Made by a program: the position numbers and the translations under genes
Shown: in pieces, positions 1 through 11,850 of the stretch
Position numbering within the stretch: the first letter of the stretch is position 1
Layout of the letters: every line of letters starts with the position of its first letter
Notes under the pieces: generated by a model
What the model was told of the DNA's origin: nothing
The model's input: only the letters and a program-made list of their open reading frames with translations
The model's database searches: none
Assembly: GCA_964016885.1 (NCBI GenBank)
Contig: OZ024744.1
Coordinates: forward strand, 6,510,001 to 6,574,000
Direction of reading: 5' to 3'
Source of the DNA: Eledone cirrhosa
Taxonomy: Eukaryota
DNA length: 64,000 nucleotides

Positions 1-245
1 CTCTTCCTTCGGTTGCAACGTATTTCGAAATATTTACTTCTGCGTTCACAGATTGATTTATTTAGTCTCAGAAGATCCGATTAAGGGTGAAAGCAGCGAT
101 TATTTGCTTAAACTTTAATCTGTTATTTTAATAAATACTAGCATAATGGCCCGGCGTTGCTCGGGAGTTGCTCTAGGGTTCTTATATATTTTATATATAT
201 TTATCCTTATCGAGCCTCGTGAAATAAATACGTTTGTATATATTT
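1..245 (+). mobile_element. PLE family 3 terminal (pseudo-LTR-like) fragment
   Basis: Matches 32305-32500 (ggttgcaacg...cagaagatcc..ttaagggtgaaagcagcgatt...ttattttaataaata...ccttatcgagcc), the region downstream of a GIY-YIG ORF remnant. Confidence 0.7.
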
Positions 246-305
246 TGATATTATGTATGCAAAAATATCTGTACACGAATATATAATTATATATATATAT
301 ATATA

Positions 306-720
306 TATTAAAATAACAGACTAAAGTTTAAGCAAAGATTCGCTGCTTTCACCCTTAACGGGATCTTCTACCTAAAAGCAGTATGAAGTACAATAAGACT
401 AACTGATGTAATCGTTGGCCTTGTTTGTTTATATTTTGTTTTTGTGTATGCAAAAATATCTGTCAGTGATGCATATGATTATATAATCACCAGCCTTGTT
501 TATTTATATTTTGTTTTTGTCTATGCAGAAATATCTGTACACGAATATCTATATTAAAATAACATATTAAAGTTTAAGCAAAGAATCGCTGCTTTTAACC
601 TTAACGGGATCTTCTGAAACTAAAAAAAATCAATTTGTGAACGGAGATCTAAATATTTCGAAAAAGCTTGCAACCGAAGGAAAACAGGAAGACGATACTT
701 TGGTTCGTGAAGACGTTGCC
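306..720 (-). mobile_element. Two inverted PLE family 3 terminal fragments (306-369 and 553-720)
   Basis: Reverse complements of about 32380-32443 and 32285-32443; both start at attaaaataaca next to TA-rich sequence. Confidence 0.65.
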
Positions 721-743
721 TGGCATAATAATATATATATATA

Positions 744-3700
744 TCCTTTCTTCTTGGTTGTCCATCGTAAACGATGATGACATCTTCTTCATTGTTGTTC
801 CCTTCTGCCGTGGGCGCGATGGTGGCCGTGGAGGCCGATCCTTGACTTGCAGGTCCGGGGACAGTGGGGGCAGGGGAAGAGACTGGAGTCGCTTGGAGCA
901 GCTGTTGATGCCTTTCTCCTCCTTTCACGGGCCTCAGTGACCTCTGCCCGTCCCTTCTCTTCAAAAGAGTCTTTGGCGCGTCTGATAAGGGCTCGCCACT
1001 CAGCCCTGTCCTGAGCATGGGACTTGAGTTGTTTTGGCGCGATTCCAGTGTTGTTGATGCTGGACTTCACACAGTCTTTGAACCTCTTAAGAGACCTGCC
1101 CTGCTTTCGTTTCCCCGAACAGAGTTCCTCATACATAGTTGCTTCGGAAGCCTGTGATCGTCCATCCAGATGACATGTCCCACCCATCGGAGTTGACTCT
1201 TCAGTATCATAGCTTCGACACTGGTTGTCTCAGCCATGTCAAGAACTTGAGGTTGGAGAACTTGTCCTGCCATTTGATGTTCATGATTGACCGCAGGCTG
1301 CTCATGTGGAACCATTCCAGCTGCTTCAGGTGCCTTCTGTACAGGGTCCATGTCTCACATCCGTAGAGGAGGCTGGTGAGAACAACGGCCCTATACACCT
1401 TGAGCTTGGTGGACTGCCTGTTGTTGTGCTGGTTCAGTACGCGTGTCCTCAGGCGGCCGAGGCCTTGACTGGCCCTGCAGATTCTGGCATTTATCTCCTT
1501 GTCGAGGCTTCCATCACTGCTGATGACACTGCGGAGGTATTTGAAGTCGTCCACCGTCTTTAGCTGGGTGCCTCCGATGGAGATGGAAGGAGGGTGGGCG
1601 ACGGAGGCAGGTGCAGGCTGGAACAGGACCTCAGTCTTGCCAAAGCTAATTGTGAGATCGAAGAGGCAGGAGGCCTCCACGAACTTGTTGACGATGAGTT
1701 GGAGGTCAGACTCCCTGTGGGCCATGAGGGCACAGTTGTCAGCAAAAAGTGCCTCCAGAACGATCCCCTGCACGGCCCTTGTCTTGGCCGTCAGGCGCTG
1801 TAGGTCAAACAGGGAGCCGTCCAGTCTGTATCGCAGATACAGTCCGTGCTCGAGGTCCCTGACGGCTAGATTGAGCACGCAGGTGAAGAACAGGTTGAAG
1901 AGGACGGGAGCCAGCACGCATCCTTGCTTGACGCCGTTGGTGATTCCGAGCGGTTCCGATGTCTCTCCGCCCGAGCGCACCTGCCCGGTCATGTCGTCAT
2001 GGAATTGCCGTATCAAGTTCACAAACATTGTCGGGCATCCAAACTTTGACAGAATCGACCAGAGGGCCTCCCTGTTGACAGTGTCGAAGGTCTTTGTCAA
2101 GTCTATGAAGACGGCAAAGAGGTCCATATTCTGCTCGACACACTTCTCCTGCACCTCGCGTAGAGAGAAGATCATCTCGATCGTGCTGCGGTTTGGGCGG
2201 AACCCACACTGGGCCTCAGGCAGGTTGTCCTCCGAGATGTTGGCGATGAGGTGGTTGAGCATGACTCGACCCAGGACCTTCCCAGCGATGACAGGAGAGA
2301 AATGACCCGATAGTTGCCACAGTCAGTTTTGCTGCCTTTGTTCTTAAAAAGCGAGACAACTGTGGCATCCCTGAAGTCTTTGGCCACCTCTTCTCCCTCC
2401 CATATGCTGATGAGGTGGTGTTGAAGGCCCCCAGGGCAGCCGGACAGGCCGACTTGAAGATCTCGGCAGGAATTCCGTCCTTCCCAGGGGCATTTCTTGA
2501 GCTGGTCTGGTTGATTGCCTTCGTGACTTCATCCAACGTGGGAGGGGGGGTTCAAGGCTGCCGACTACGGGCTTCTGTGGGACCTGGTCGAGGGCGGCAG
2601 GGTCGGAGTGGAGGGCTTGTTGAGCAGGTTGCTGAAGTATTCTCTCCACCTCGAGTTGATGCTGCTCTTCTCCTTCAGCAGGATCGAGCCGTCAGCAGAC
2701 AGCAGTGGTGTGGTGACAGGCTTGGGGGGTCCATAGATCTCCCTAATGGCAATGAAGAACATCTTGGAGTTCTTTGTGTCAGCGTATCTCTCGACTTCTT
2801 CGGCCTTCTTTTCCCACCACTTGTCTTGCATTCTGCGTAGCGCTGCTTGGGTCTGCCTCTGGAGGTGCTTGAAGCAGTCGCGGTTCGAGGTGGAGGAGTG
2901 GTCATTCTGCCACTCAATGAAAGCCCTCCTCTTCTCGTCCAGGAGTTGTCTGATGCGCTCATCGTGTTCATCAAACCAGTGCTGGTAGACTCTCTTCCTC
3001 GGCCCGATGGTTGCCTTGGCTGACTCTGTCACCAGCGACCTGAACTGGCCCCACTGTTGAGTTGGGGGTCCGGTCAGTGGTTCATGGGCAGTCAGCCGGC
3101 CGTCCAGGTCTTCCGCGAACGCATCACGATGCTCTGGCTGCTTGATACCTGCGACGTTGAAAGCTGCCCTACAGACTTTCGGACTCTTGCGATGCGTCGA
3201 GGTGTTGTGCAGTGACAGGATAGTCCTGACAAGGCGATGGTCTCTGCACCACGCATGGCCCTGGTGATAGTGACATCACGGATGTCCCTCCTGCAGCACA
3301 TGGCAAAGTCAATCAGATGCCACTGTTTGGATCTGGGGTCATCCATGTCGTCTTCAATTTGTCTGACTGGTGGAACAATGTGCTGGTGATGGTGAGGACG
3401 TTCTCGGCGTAGAAACTCAACAGTATGAGGCGTTAGAGTTCAGCTTCCCTGTGTCGTGAGGTCCCAGCACGGCTCTCCAGTTGCTGCTGTCAGACCCGAC
3501 TCTTGCGTTGAAGTCCCCCAGTAGGATGAGTTTATCGCTTGGCGAGGACGCCCTTCACGACTGCGTTGAGTTCCCCGTAAAAAGCGTCCTTTTCTTCATC
3601 GCTGCTGGTGAGAGTGGAGCCGTACGCGCTGATGACTGTGACATGCCGAGATGGGTCGAGGGAAAAGCGGAACTTCATCAGCCGCTCACTCACCGGTGTG

Positions 3701-4835
3701 GGGAGGTCTGGTAGCTGCTTGCAGAGTGAAGTCCTGATGGCCAGGCCTACCCCGTGGATTCTGTCCTCGTGCTTTGCATTGCCCTTCCAGAAGAAGGTGT
3801 AGCGTCCTTTCGGTTCTGCTACTGATCCTTCTTCGGCGAGTCTGGTCTCGCTGAGGGCGGCTATGTCGATCCGGTAGCGAGCTAATCTCCTCGTTATGAG
3901 GGCAGTTCTTCTCTTTGGCCTCAAGGAAGTACCCCTATCCATGAGGGTGCGCACATTCCATGCGCCAAGAATCAAGTTCTTCTTTCTATTATGTTGGTTT
4001 CTACCGCTTGCAAGGGTAAAACCACCAGCCGCGGTAGACTGGCCGACTTTGTGTGGGACGAGCTTTTGGTTAGGGCTACTTTTATCGCCCCCCCCCCCCC
4101 TCCCCCCCTCGTGCGAGGGTGAGCAGTGCTCCCCTGAAAAGGGCTGCTCAGTCGCCCGGTGGAATGCCTGATCTCCTCTGTCATCCCAAAGTTAGGAGAA
4201 CGACTTGCGCATCCAGGCTGCCCACGTGTGCATTTGAGATTGGCAACTCCCAGAGGTTACCTCCACCTGTTACCTCCGCCTCTCGCCCATCGCCGCAGGG
4301 CTTTGGGAGTGCAGGCTAAAGAAGAAACCTGTGTAGAAAAGTTTTATAGTGGGAGGGCCAGTGCACAGTTACGGTCCCACTCACTCGGCCGCAGAAGCCA
4401 GAATCCGGTGGTACTGAAGACCGTCACTACCAGGGACTTCCTTGGCTGCAGTGGATGGCCACGACGTCTGTAGTGCCTTGCTGTGCCCTAGCGCTCCACA
4501 CCGCTTGCTGTCGCCGCCTTCGTGAACGTTGGGACGTGTTGTCCTCCTTCACTCACTCCGCCAGGTCCAGTCTTCGCATGCAGGAGCAGGCATCCTCTAT
4601 CTAACTCACCGGGGGGTGGGGGGTTCAGATGCGTCCGTCTACCCTCAGCCTGGTTCGGCCCGCCAGCCAAGGCGGTTTACCGGGGTGTGGCAGCTGTCGC
4701 ATGCTACAGCTTCTTGGGGCCACAGGTGAGAGATGAGTGTCATGTGGGACACAATGCAGGACGAGCTGTCCTGAAAAGGGCATGGGTACTCCCCCCCCCC
4801 CCTACAGAGGTACAAGCTCCTCCCTGACACCCAGG
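744..4835 (-). mobile_element. Near-full-length RTE-clade (BovB-like) LINE, frameshifted
   Basis: APE start MILGAWNVRTL..IDIAALSETR (3532-3975). RT with QCGFRPNRST, FIDLTKTFDTV, GVKQGCVLAP, LFADN (1207-2262). C-terminus LRWVGHVIWM..CPHCPRTCKSRIGLHGH (789-1351). GC-rich 5' UTR to about 4835; 3' end abuts (TA)n. Confidence 0.92.
1207..2262 (-). pseudogene. RTE reverse transcriptase domain fragment (catalytic ADD changed to ADN)
   Basis: 351-aa ORF with non-LTR RT motifs; the flanking parts of the protein lie in other frames. Confidence 0.88.
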
Positions 4836-4881
4836 CATATACACAGGCATATACATACATATGGGCGACTGAATATATATA

Positions 4882-5471
4882 TACGATAAATGGAATAGAA
4901 TGAAACGAAATTTCATTTCTCACTCTTAGTACGGCACTTACTTAAATGTAAGTATGTATGTATGTATGTATACGTACATACATATATGTATACAGACGTA
5001 CAGTAGTATGTATATATATACATACATGCACACATATATACATGCACGTATCGGTTTACCGAACATTTATTATAATGCTCTTTTTTTAAAATCGTTTTCG
5101 GTGCGCCCAGCCGACTGAACTCACTCGATATGCAAATTAAGCTGCTCAGCCGTTAATATGCATAAGGAAAGTATATACTTTCAGACGTTCAACCATCTAG
5201 CAGGAAGGTATACGATGCTGACGATAGCTAATAAGCTTGAAACTAGAACATCGTTCCTGTGTCAGTGTTGAACAAAAAGGTGACGTGGTTGCCTAAACAC
5301 TGTACGGCGTAATTCGGGCTGTTTGTTTGTTTACAAACAAACAAACTGAGCATTATCATAAATGTTCGGTAAACCGATACGTGCATGTATATATGTGTGC
5401 ATGTATGTATATATATACATACTACTGTACGTCTGTATACATATATGTATGTACGTATACATACATACATA

Positions 5472-5475
<4 letters not shown>
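4882..5475. mobile_element. Non-coding fold-back element with hammerhead (family 4)
   Basis: Inverted arms about 4946-5080 and 5348-5475. HHR in the spacer. Left arm extends about 65 nt further. Flanked by (TA)n. Confidence 0.65.
5212..5254 (+). ncRNA. Type I minimal hammerhead ribozyme motif (cleavage-site U mutated)
   Basis: acgatg CTGACGA t-agc taataa gct-t GAAA ctag aa catcgt. Helix I acgatg/catcgt, extended by caggaa/ttcctg; palindromic CTAG helix III. Confidence 0.7.
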
Positions 5476-5538
<63 letters not shown>

Positions 5539-6119
5539 TATCCTTCCTTGTTTGTTTACCGTCTCGCTCCCTTTACGCGATTTACTTGTCCCAATAGCTT
5601 TATTTAGTTATTGCTCGCACCAACCTGAGGTATATGATTTTTAAAGCGATGCAATACCAATGAAGGTTGGAAAATCACTGACGAAGGACTATTTTTATCA
5701 TATGTAACCCATGTGCAACCACGCAGTATTCCTTCTTTCTTCTCATGTGTTTTATACATATTTACCTCGACTGCGTTTGTCTGTTTCTCTCACCTTCTTT
5801 CGCCCCCTCTGTAAGTTACACTTTCTCTCGACTGGCCTCTTCCTCGCACTTCCACTCATTCACTCTCTGTTTCTCCCCTTCTCACTTCCTCCAGTTTGGC
5901 CTGTAGTGGGTTCTCTTCTTGCTCACATCTCTGTTACGTCGGACGGCTGTATTTCCCCCGCTCATGAAATCCACCCAGCTTAAGCTGACCGGATCCCCAT
6001 GTGCTTGTTTTTTCCTATCCTTCCGTTGCTATCCTTCTATGTTTGTTTACCGTCTCGCTCGTTTTACGCGATTTACTTGTCCCAATAGCTTTATTTAGCT
6101 ATTGCTCGCACCAACCTGG

Positions 6120-8315
6120 TAGCCAGGTCGAACACTGCTTTGAAACAACTATGCCTGTAGGTAATTTGACGCCACATTTAAGAAATCACTGTACCGCGAC
6201 CGTTGTGAAACATACTGTCAATGATAATACATCTGCCATTACTTTTGAAAACCAATTGAAATTTACCCCAACGAAATCTTCCAGAGAGAAATTAATTCAT
6301 GTAAAAACATTTCTCGTGCTGAACGTAATAAAACAACAATATTAAATTAAATAAAACCTAATAATGAAATATTACAAGTTATTGACGAAATAGGGGATGA
6401 ATATTTACGACGGATAAAAACCCCAACATTTTGGCAAATCAACGCCTGTTTATATGCCTTAGCAACGACAGTGAAGCATTATCTTGGTGATAGCAGAGAT
6501 ATTAACAAGAACAGAACATCACCAAAAATACCATCATATATAACTAAAATAGAAAAAAAGATTGCTGACCTACGAAAAAACATAGGACATGTGACAATGC
6601 TCCTTACATGCAAATAAACACACAAAAACCTCACTCCTCACCAACAAAGAGTGAAAAATAAAATAGAGACGATGTTTGGTAACAGTAGAACCAGAACTCT
6701 TCAATATAAACTGATCACCCTCAAACAGGAATTGACCGCTGTTAGCGAAAAACGCCGATACCTGAAGAAGGTAGATGAAAGAAAAGTGCTTAATAACAGA
6801 TTCAGACGAAACCAAACATCAGTCTTTAGAGATATGAAGAACAAAATAATAAGTGTCACTGAGGCCCAATCCCAGAAAGACATAGATTCCTTTTGGAGAA
6901 AAATATGGGGTGAAAAGAAGAATTTCAACCCAGATGCAGTGTGGCTAGAAGAAATCCTAAAGAACTATAGCTCCTACACTATAACAAAAACATACGAAAT
7001 AAGTGAGGGTACCTTGAGACTGAGATAGGAAAACTCCAAGATAAGAAAACACCAGGAAGGGACATTATTGTCGGCTACTGGTACAAAAAACTGATATTCT
7101 ATCGGAGGTATCTTACTGACCTCTACCAACAAGTTCTCAAGGGAGATACACATATACCTGATTTATTGACATTAGCTAAAAAAAAATATTGGTCCCCAAG
7201 TACAAAGACACTAACTTGGCAAAGAATTACCGACCCGAAGCTTGCCAAAATCTAATGTATAAAAAAATATAAATGGTATCAAGAAAAATCTTGACCTGGT
7301 TACAACATTTTCAAAGGATATAGGAATGGATTTTGGCCAAGATAAATGCTCATACATGACTGTAAAGAGGGGAAAAACAACAACCCAATCTAGCAACATT
7401 GTCATCAATGGCCTAACTGTTTCACCGATATCTGATGAAGACTGATACAGATACCTGCGGATAGATGAGAACATATCCTATATCTGTAATAAGGAACGCG
7501 TAACCAGGGAATATTACACCCGATTGAGAAAAACCTGGTCATCGGAACTCTCTGCGAACAATAAAACAGTGGCTCACAATGTGTTTGCTGTGCCTGTCCT
7601 AACACCAACATTTGGAATACTCAGTTGGACGATAGACGAAATCTGAGCAATTGATGTTAGGACTCGAAAAATACTAAACAACACCGGAAACTTCCACATC
7701 AACAGTGACATAGACCGCCTTTACTTGAAACGTAGGCAGGGAGGCAGACGCCTAACATCAATCCAGACAGCATTTGAATGTCGCATCATATCATGGCACA
7801 GATAATATCATGAGATTTTGGAAATACCTCCTTGAAATATACTCTCTGCATGATAATCAAAAACCCACAGCCAGGGAAATTACCTAGCAGTACAGCAGTA
7901 AATCCATAGATGAAAAACTGCATGTTTATCAGCAGTGTTTTGGCCACTACATCAAGTTTCATAAGTAAATAGTACCGCGATGACATCTTTGGACAGCTGC
8001 TGATTACATGGGTGACATCTTCAATGTTAATTCTGCAGAGTCTGCACTTGTTGTCACATCTAGGTGTTTTGCCTGCATCCCTATCTCTTTTGTGAATCAG
8101 GTATTTCGTGCTAATCAGGTATTTCGTGCTTGGATTGCAAAAGCGTATCCTTCAAAGTGGGAGCCAATATAGTGGTTGTTGGTCCCAGATAAACTACTTT
8201 CCTTATCTATATTACTCTCACTCTGGAGCTTCCTGGCAACATATCCATGCATGATTTTTTTGTTGATAAGTATGCAGTTCTTTATCCATGGATTCACTGT
8301 GGTACTGCTGGCCAA
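6120..8315 (+). mobile_element. Decayed R4/Dong-like (RLE-type) non-LTR retrotransposon with inverted 3' part
   Basis: Plus strand: FWRKIWG (6651-7028), PGRDII..WYKK, GMDFGQDKC, RLYLKRRQGGRRL (about 7720). Minus strand 7930-8315: MHG..FEGYAFAIQ..KCRLC..HVISSC zinc knuckle. Confidence 0.75.
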
Positions 8316-8408
8316 TGTATGTATGTATGTATGTATGTATGTATGTATGTATGTATGTATGTATGTATGTATGTATGTATGTATGTATGTATGTATGTAT
8401 GTATGTAT
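8315..8408. repeat. (TATG)n microsatellite
   Basis: Direct reading of the sequence. Confidence 0.95.
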
Positions 8409-8412
8409 TTAT

Positions 8413-9020
8413 GTCAGGTCACCAGTTGGTGCTACTGGTAACATGTATCCCAGTACAACCTGTCTCATGATCAGGTCGTTGGCGACTAAACTGGCAACCC
8501 CACCAAGGTTTCTTGGTGAGGAGGGTGACTTTGGACATCCTGCAGGACTAAAAACAAAACCTGTCAAAGGGCAAAGGAGCTCTTAAGAGTCAATGGCCAT
8601 CCAAAATCACCGGGAGAGATGACCCCTTAGCCTTTGTCAAGGCAGAATTCTAGGAGAAGGAAAACTCTGATATAACACCTGCAACTCTGATGGTATCCAA
8701 TGATGTTGACTTGTTCTTCTTTTTGGTAAATATCATCTTGGTTAAGAGAGTGGGACTGGCTTTGTGCAGTGCCTTTGCCCACTATAAAAGCTTCACGGCA
8801 CAGGCATTGCTTTGTATGTAGAGATCTCTCTGCACTTGTCGTCACATGATACCATGGGCCCAGCACTGTGTGTCAATAATTGTCACAAGTGTAGTATTTG
8901 GACCAGAGTTTTCATGTCGCTGGCTGGACTAAAATGTGACACTCGTTCAGCGCATCGGTAGGGGTTCTCCTACATGGATATAAAGTAGTGGCTGTACTCG
9001 AAAACAAGTTGGCAGCCACC
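8413..9020 (+). mobile_element. About 605-bp non-autonomous interspersed element, copy 1
   Basis: Highly similar reverse-complement copy at 30363-30975. Contains ctaggagaaggaaaactctga (resembles RTE 5' UTRs) and a terminal hairpin gtggctg..cagccac. Bounded by microsatellites. Confidence 0.75.
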
Positions 9021-9100
9021 ATTATGTATGTATGTATTATGTATGTATGAATGTATGTATGTATTATGTATGAATGTATATGTGTATATATATATATATA

Positions 9101-9162
<62 letters not shown>

Positions 9163-9380
9163 TATTTCGTTTCTGAATTTGTTTAGCAAGATTCTTTATC
9201 TGAAATCGTGTGTTGAAACCGATATTGTTATACTTTGGGAGGGTCATGTTGCCAATAAGAAACACACGCACCAGTTGCTTTCACTTCAATTTAATTTAAT
9301 ATATATTTATAAATTTACAAATTTATAAATTTCTGGTTGGTTGGTTGGTTCCACAACCAGATAGTTGTTTATATATATAT

Positions 9381-9425
9381 AGTCATAGTTCTTTCGTCAC
9401 ACACTCTGTGACCTCTTCAGTGACT
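9381..9425 (-). ncRNA. Type I hammerhead ribozyme (PLE family 1, left arm)
   Basis: Reverse complement of 14155-14199. Confidence 0.8.
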
Positions 9426-9722
9426 GGGGATTTCTTTCTTCGTTTCTGTGCCTTTCCTTTCTTCTATCCTACGCCATTTTGTTTGTGTGTGGGTTGCGTG
9501 CTCAGTTTGCGCATGCGCCACATCCGGGTGTCTGTGTGTGTTTGTGTTCATTTTTCTATTTTTCTATTTATATTTGTTTGTTTATTTATTTATTTATTGT
9601 TGGTTGGTTGTTTGTTCTATGTGTGTGTGTGTTTTCATTTTGTCTTGTGTGTGTTTTCATTTTGTGTGTGTTTTCAATTGTAAGTTGTTTGTTCTATGTG
9701 TGTGTGTGTTTTCATTTTGTCC

Positions 9723-11850
9723 TTAATTGTAAGTTGTGATGTTGCTGTTCCACTCATATTTTCTATTTAATTTTGGTTTTAATTCTTTTATGCTTACTGC
9801 CTCTGTAATTTGCCTAAACATTGCGTCTTTCTTGTGTGTGGATTCTATTTTTATTTCTATGCTCTCTAATTTACCCCTGTGTTCTATCTTAGCATGTTGG
9901 TAGAGCACAGATGATTCTTTACTATCTTGGAGGTCTCGCCAGTGTTCATTTATTCGTTCCCCTATACTACGAGCTGTCTCACCTATGTACACTATATTTT
10001 TGTTTCTACATTGTCCTTCAGTACTTCTTATGCTATATACTACATTTCTAGTTTTACAGTTAATATGGGGGCTTATTTTACAGGTTATACATTTCTTATC
10101 TATACATGAGGGTCTTTGGAACGGGTATGTCTTGCTAATAAGTGTTTTTACGGAGGTACCAGGTCTTTCTACTATCTTAATATTGAGATTATGTTTCTTT
10201 AGGGCCCTTCTAAATTTGTAGGCTAGTTCGCCTCTAGGGGTTGTATTGATGAACATTACACTCTGGTATTTATTGCTATCATACCATGAGTTTATTCTAT
10301 TGGCCTTGTTCTTAGTTCTTTCTATTCTATTCCAAAATTTGCTCCTATACAAGGGGCAGGTCCCATTTATGTCATTATTTACCATTTTTTCCCATTTGGT
10401 TCTGGCTCCTTTATACACTCTGATTCTATCTCTCTGATTGTAGCCAGAGAACTGCATACGGTGGATGAAGTGTTGTATGTGTCTCTCTAGTTCTTCAGGG
10501 TTGCACATGCGGGACACATTTCTCATCACCCGTATCAAATCCGCAATCAGTATGTTGATTTTGGTATGGTCCGAAATGGCCGAGTTTCGGTGGATCAGAT
10601 GTTTGGAAGTCATGGGTTTGGCATAATGGGAATGGAGGATTTGTTTTTGGTTGTTAATAGTATCTAACCAGAGCTCTGTGTCTAGTACAGGTAATCGATG
10701 GTTGGGGTGTCTACTTGGGTAGTCTATAGTAACTCTAATGCTCTGGTGGATGGAGTTTGCTATTTGCTGGATGCTTTCCATTGTGTTTTTCTCTGGTTCC
10801 TGACTGTTCTTTAGTGGGGGTGTCTTAACTACGATGTTTATATCATCTACGTAGCGGGAGTACATTATCAGGGTTAAGCTGTCTTCTAATTGTTCTTTAA
10901 GTTTTTGTTTAAGTCTACTGTCCCACCATACCATGAACAAGTTAGCTATGTCGCCTGCAATGCTAACACCAATGGCTGCTCCTTCCTCTTGGGCATATGT
11001 TTTACCATTAAATTTGAACATATGTTCCTTAAGGGTTAATTTTATGCTGGCCCCTACCGCATGTGCAATCATTTTCTTCAGTTCATCGTGGTTTTCGGGT
11101 GTCCGTATGGCTCTGGTCCACCCGTTCCATCTATCTGTGTGGGTTTTCTTGGCCATTGAGGTAATGGTAGGTGGTCTGCCTCTTGCTGGTCTTGTAGGGC
11201 ACAGGTTGCTAAGGTCATAAGTGTCTAGGTAACTATTACTATGGGTAAGCTTAAGTAGAAGTCCCAGCTCACTGGTATCAATCCCACGGAACTCAACCTT
11301 GCTCTCGCTGATCATTTCGACGCATTTCTCCACAGCAAAATCCACGTCAATAGATGGATACAGGGACACAACATCCATACTGCCTATTATGCAGTTTGTT
11401 AGGTCCCCAGATCGGTTACCCGCGCCGATTCTGCTGAGGAGGTCCTCCGTGCTGTCACACACATCTGGGGACATCTCAATGATGGGGCGTATGATCAGGG
11501 AGAGGAAGTAGGACAGTCTGTAGTTACTGGCTGCATTATATTTGTCCACATCACCATATGGGCATTGAGGGTTTTTTCTCTATCCTCATGCTCCTGTGGT
11601 GTTACCTCTCTTGTGTTAGTGATGTGGGGTTGCATTGCCTGGATGTAGTTTGGCAGGCTGTCAACCGACATTCTGCCAGACTTGTCTGTTGGAAAGCATG
11701 CTATCTCTCCATTACGCGAGCGCTGCATGAGCTTACGCAAGCCATTTGCAGATTCTTCTCCCAGTTGCTGGGCCTCTATTCTATTATGTTTCTTGCTATA
11801 CTGTTCTATAATATTTCTAAGTTCGGATTTAGCTATACTAAATTGTGTAT
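9723..11850 (-). pseudogene. PLE RT-GIY-YIG ORF, left arm (5'-truncated, 139-bp internal deletion)
   Basis: ORF 9723-11549 is identical in protein to the right arm. The upstream frame 11495-11740 (PTDKSGR motif) is out of frame because the bases equivalent to 11913-12051 are missing. Confidence 0.85.

Noticed and set aside
8413-8510. HDV-like ribozyme at the head of the 605-bp element
   Set aside because: I could not assign P1, P2 and P3 consistently by eye.
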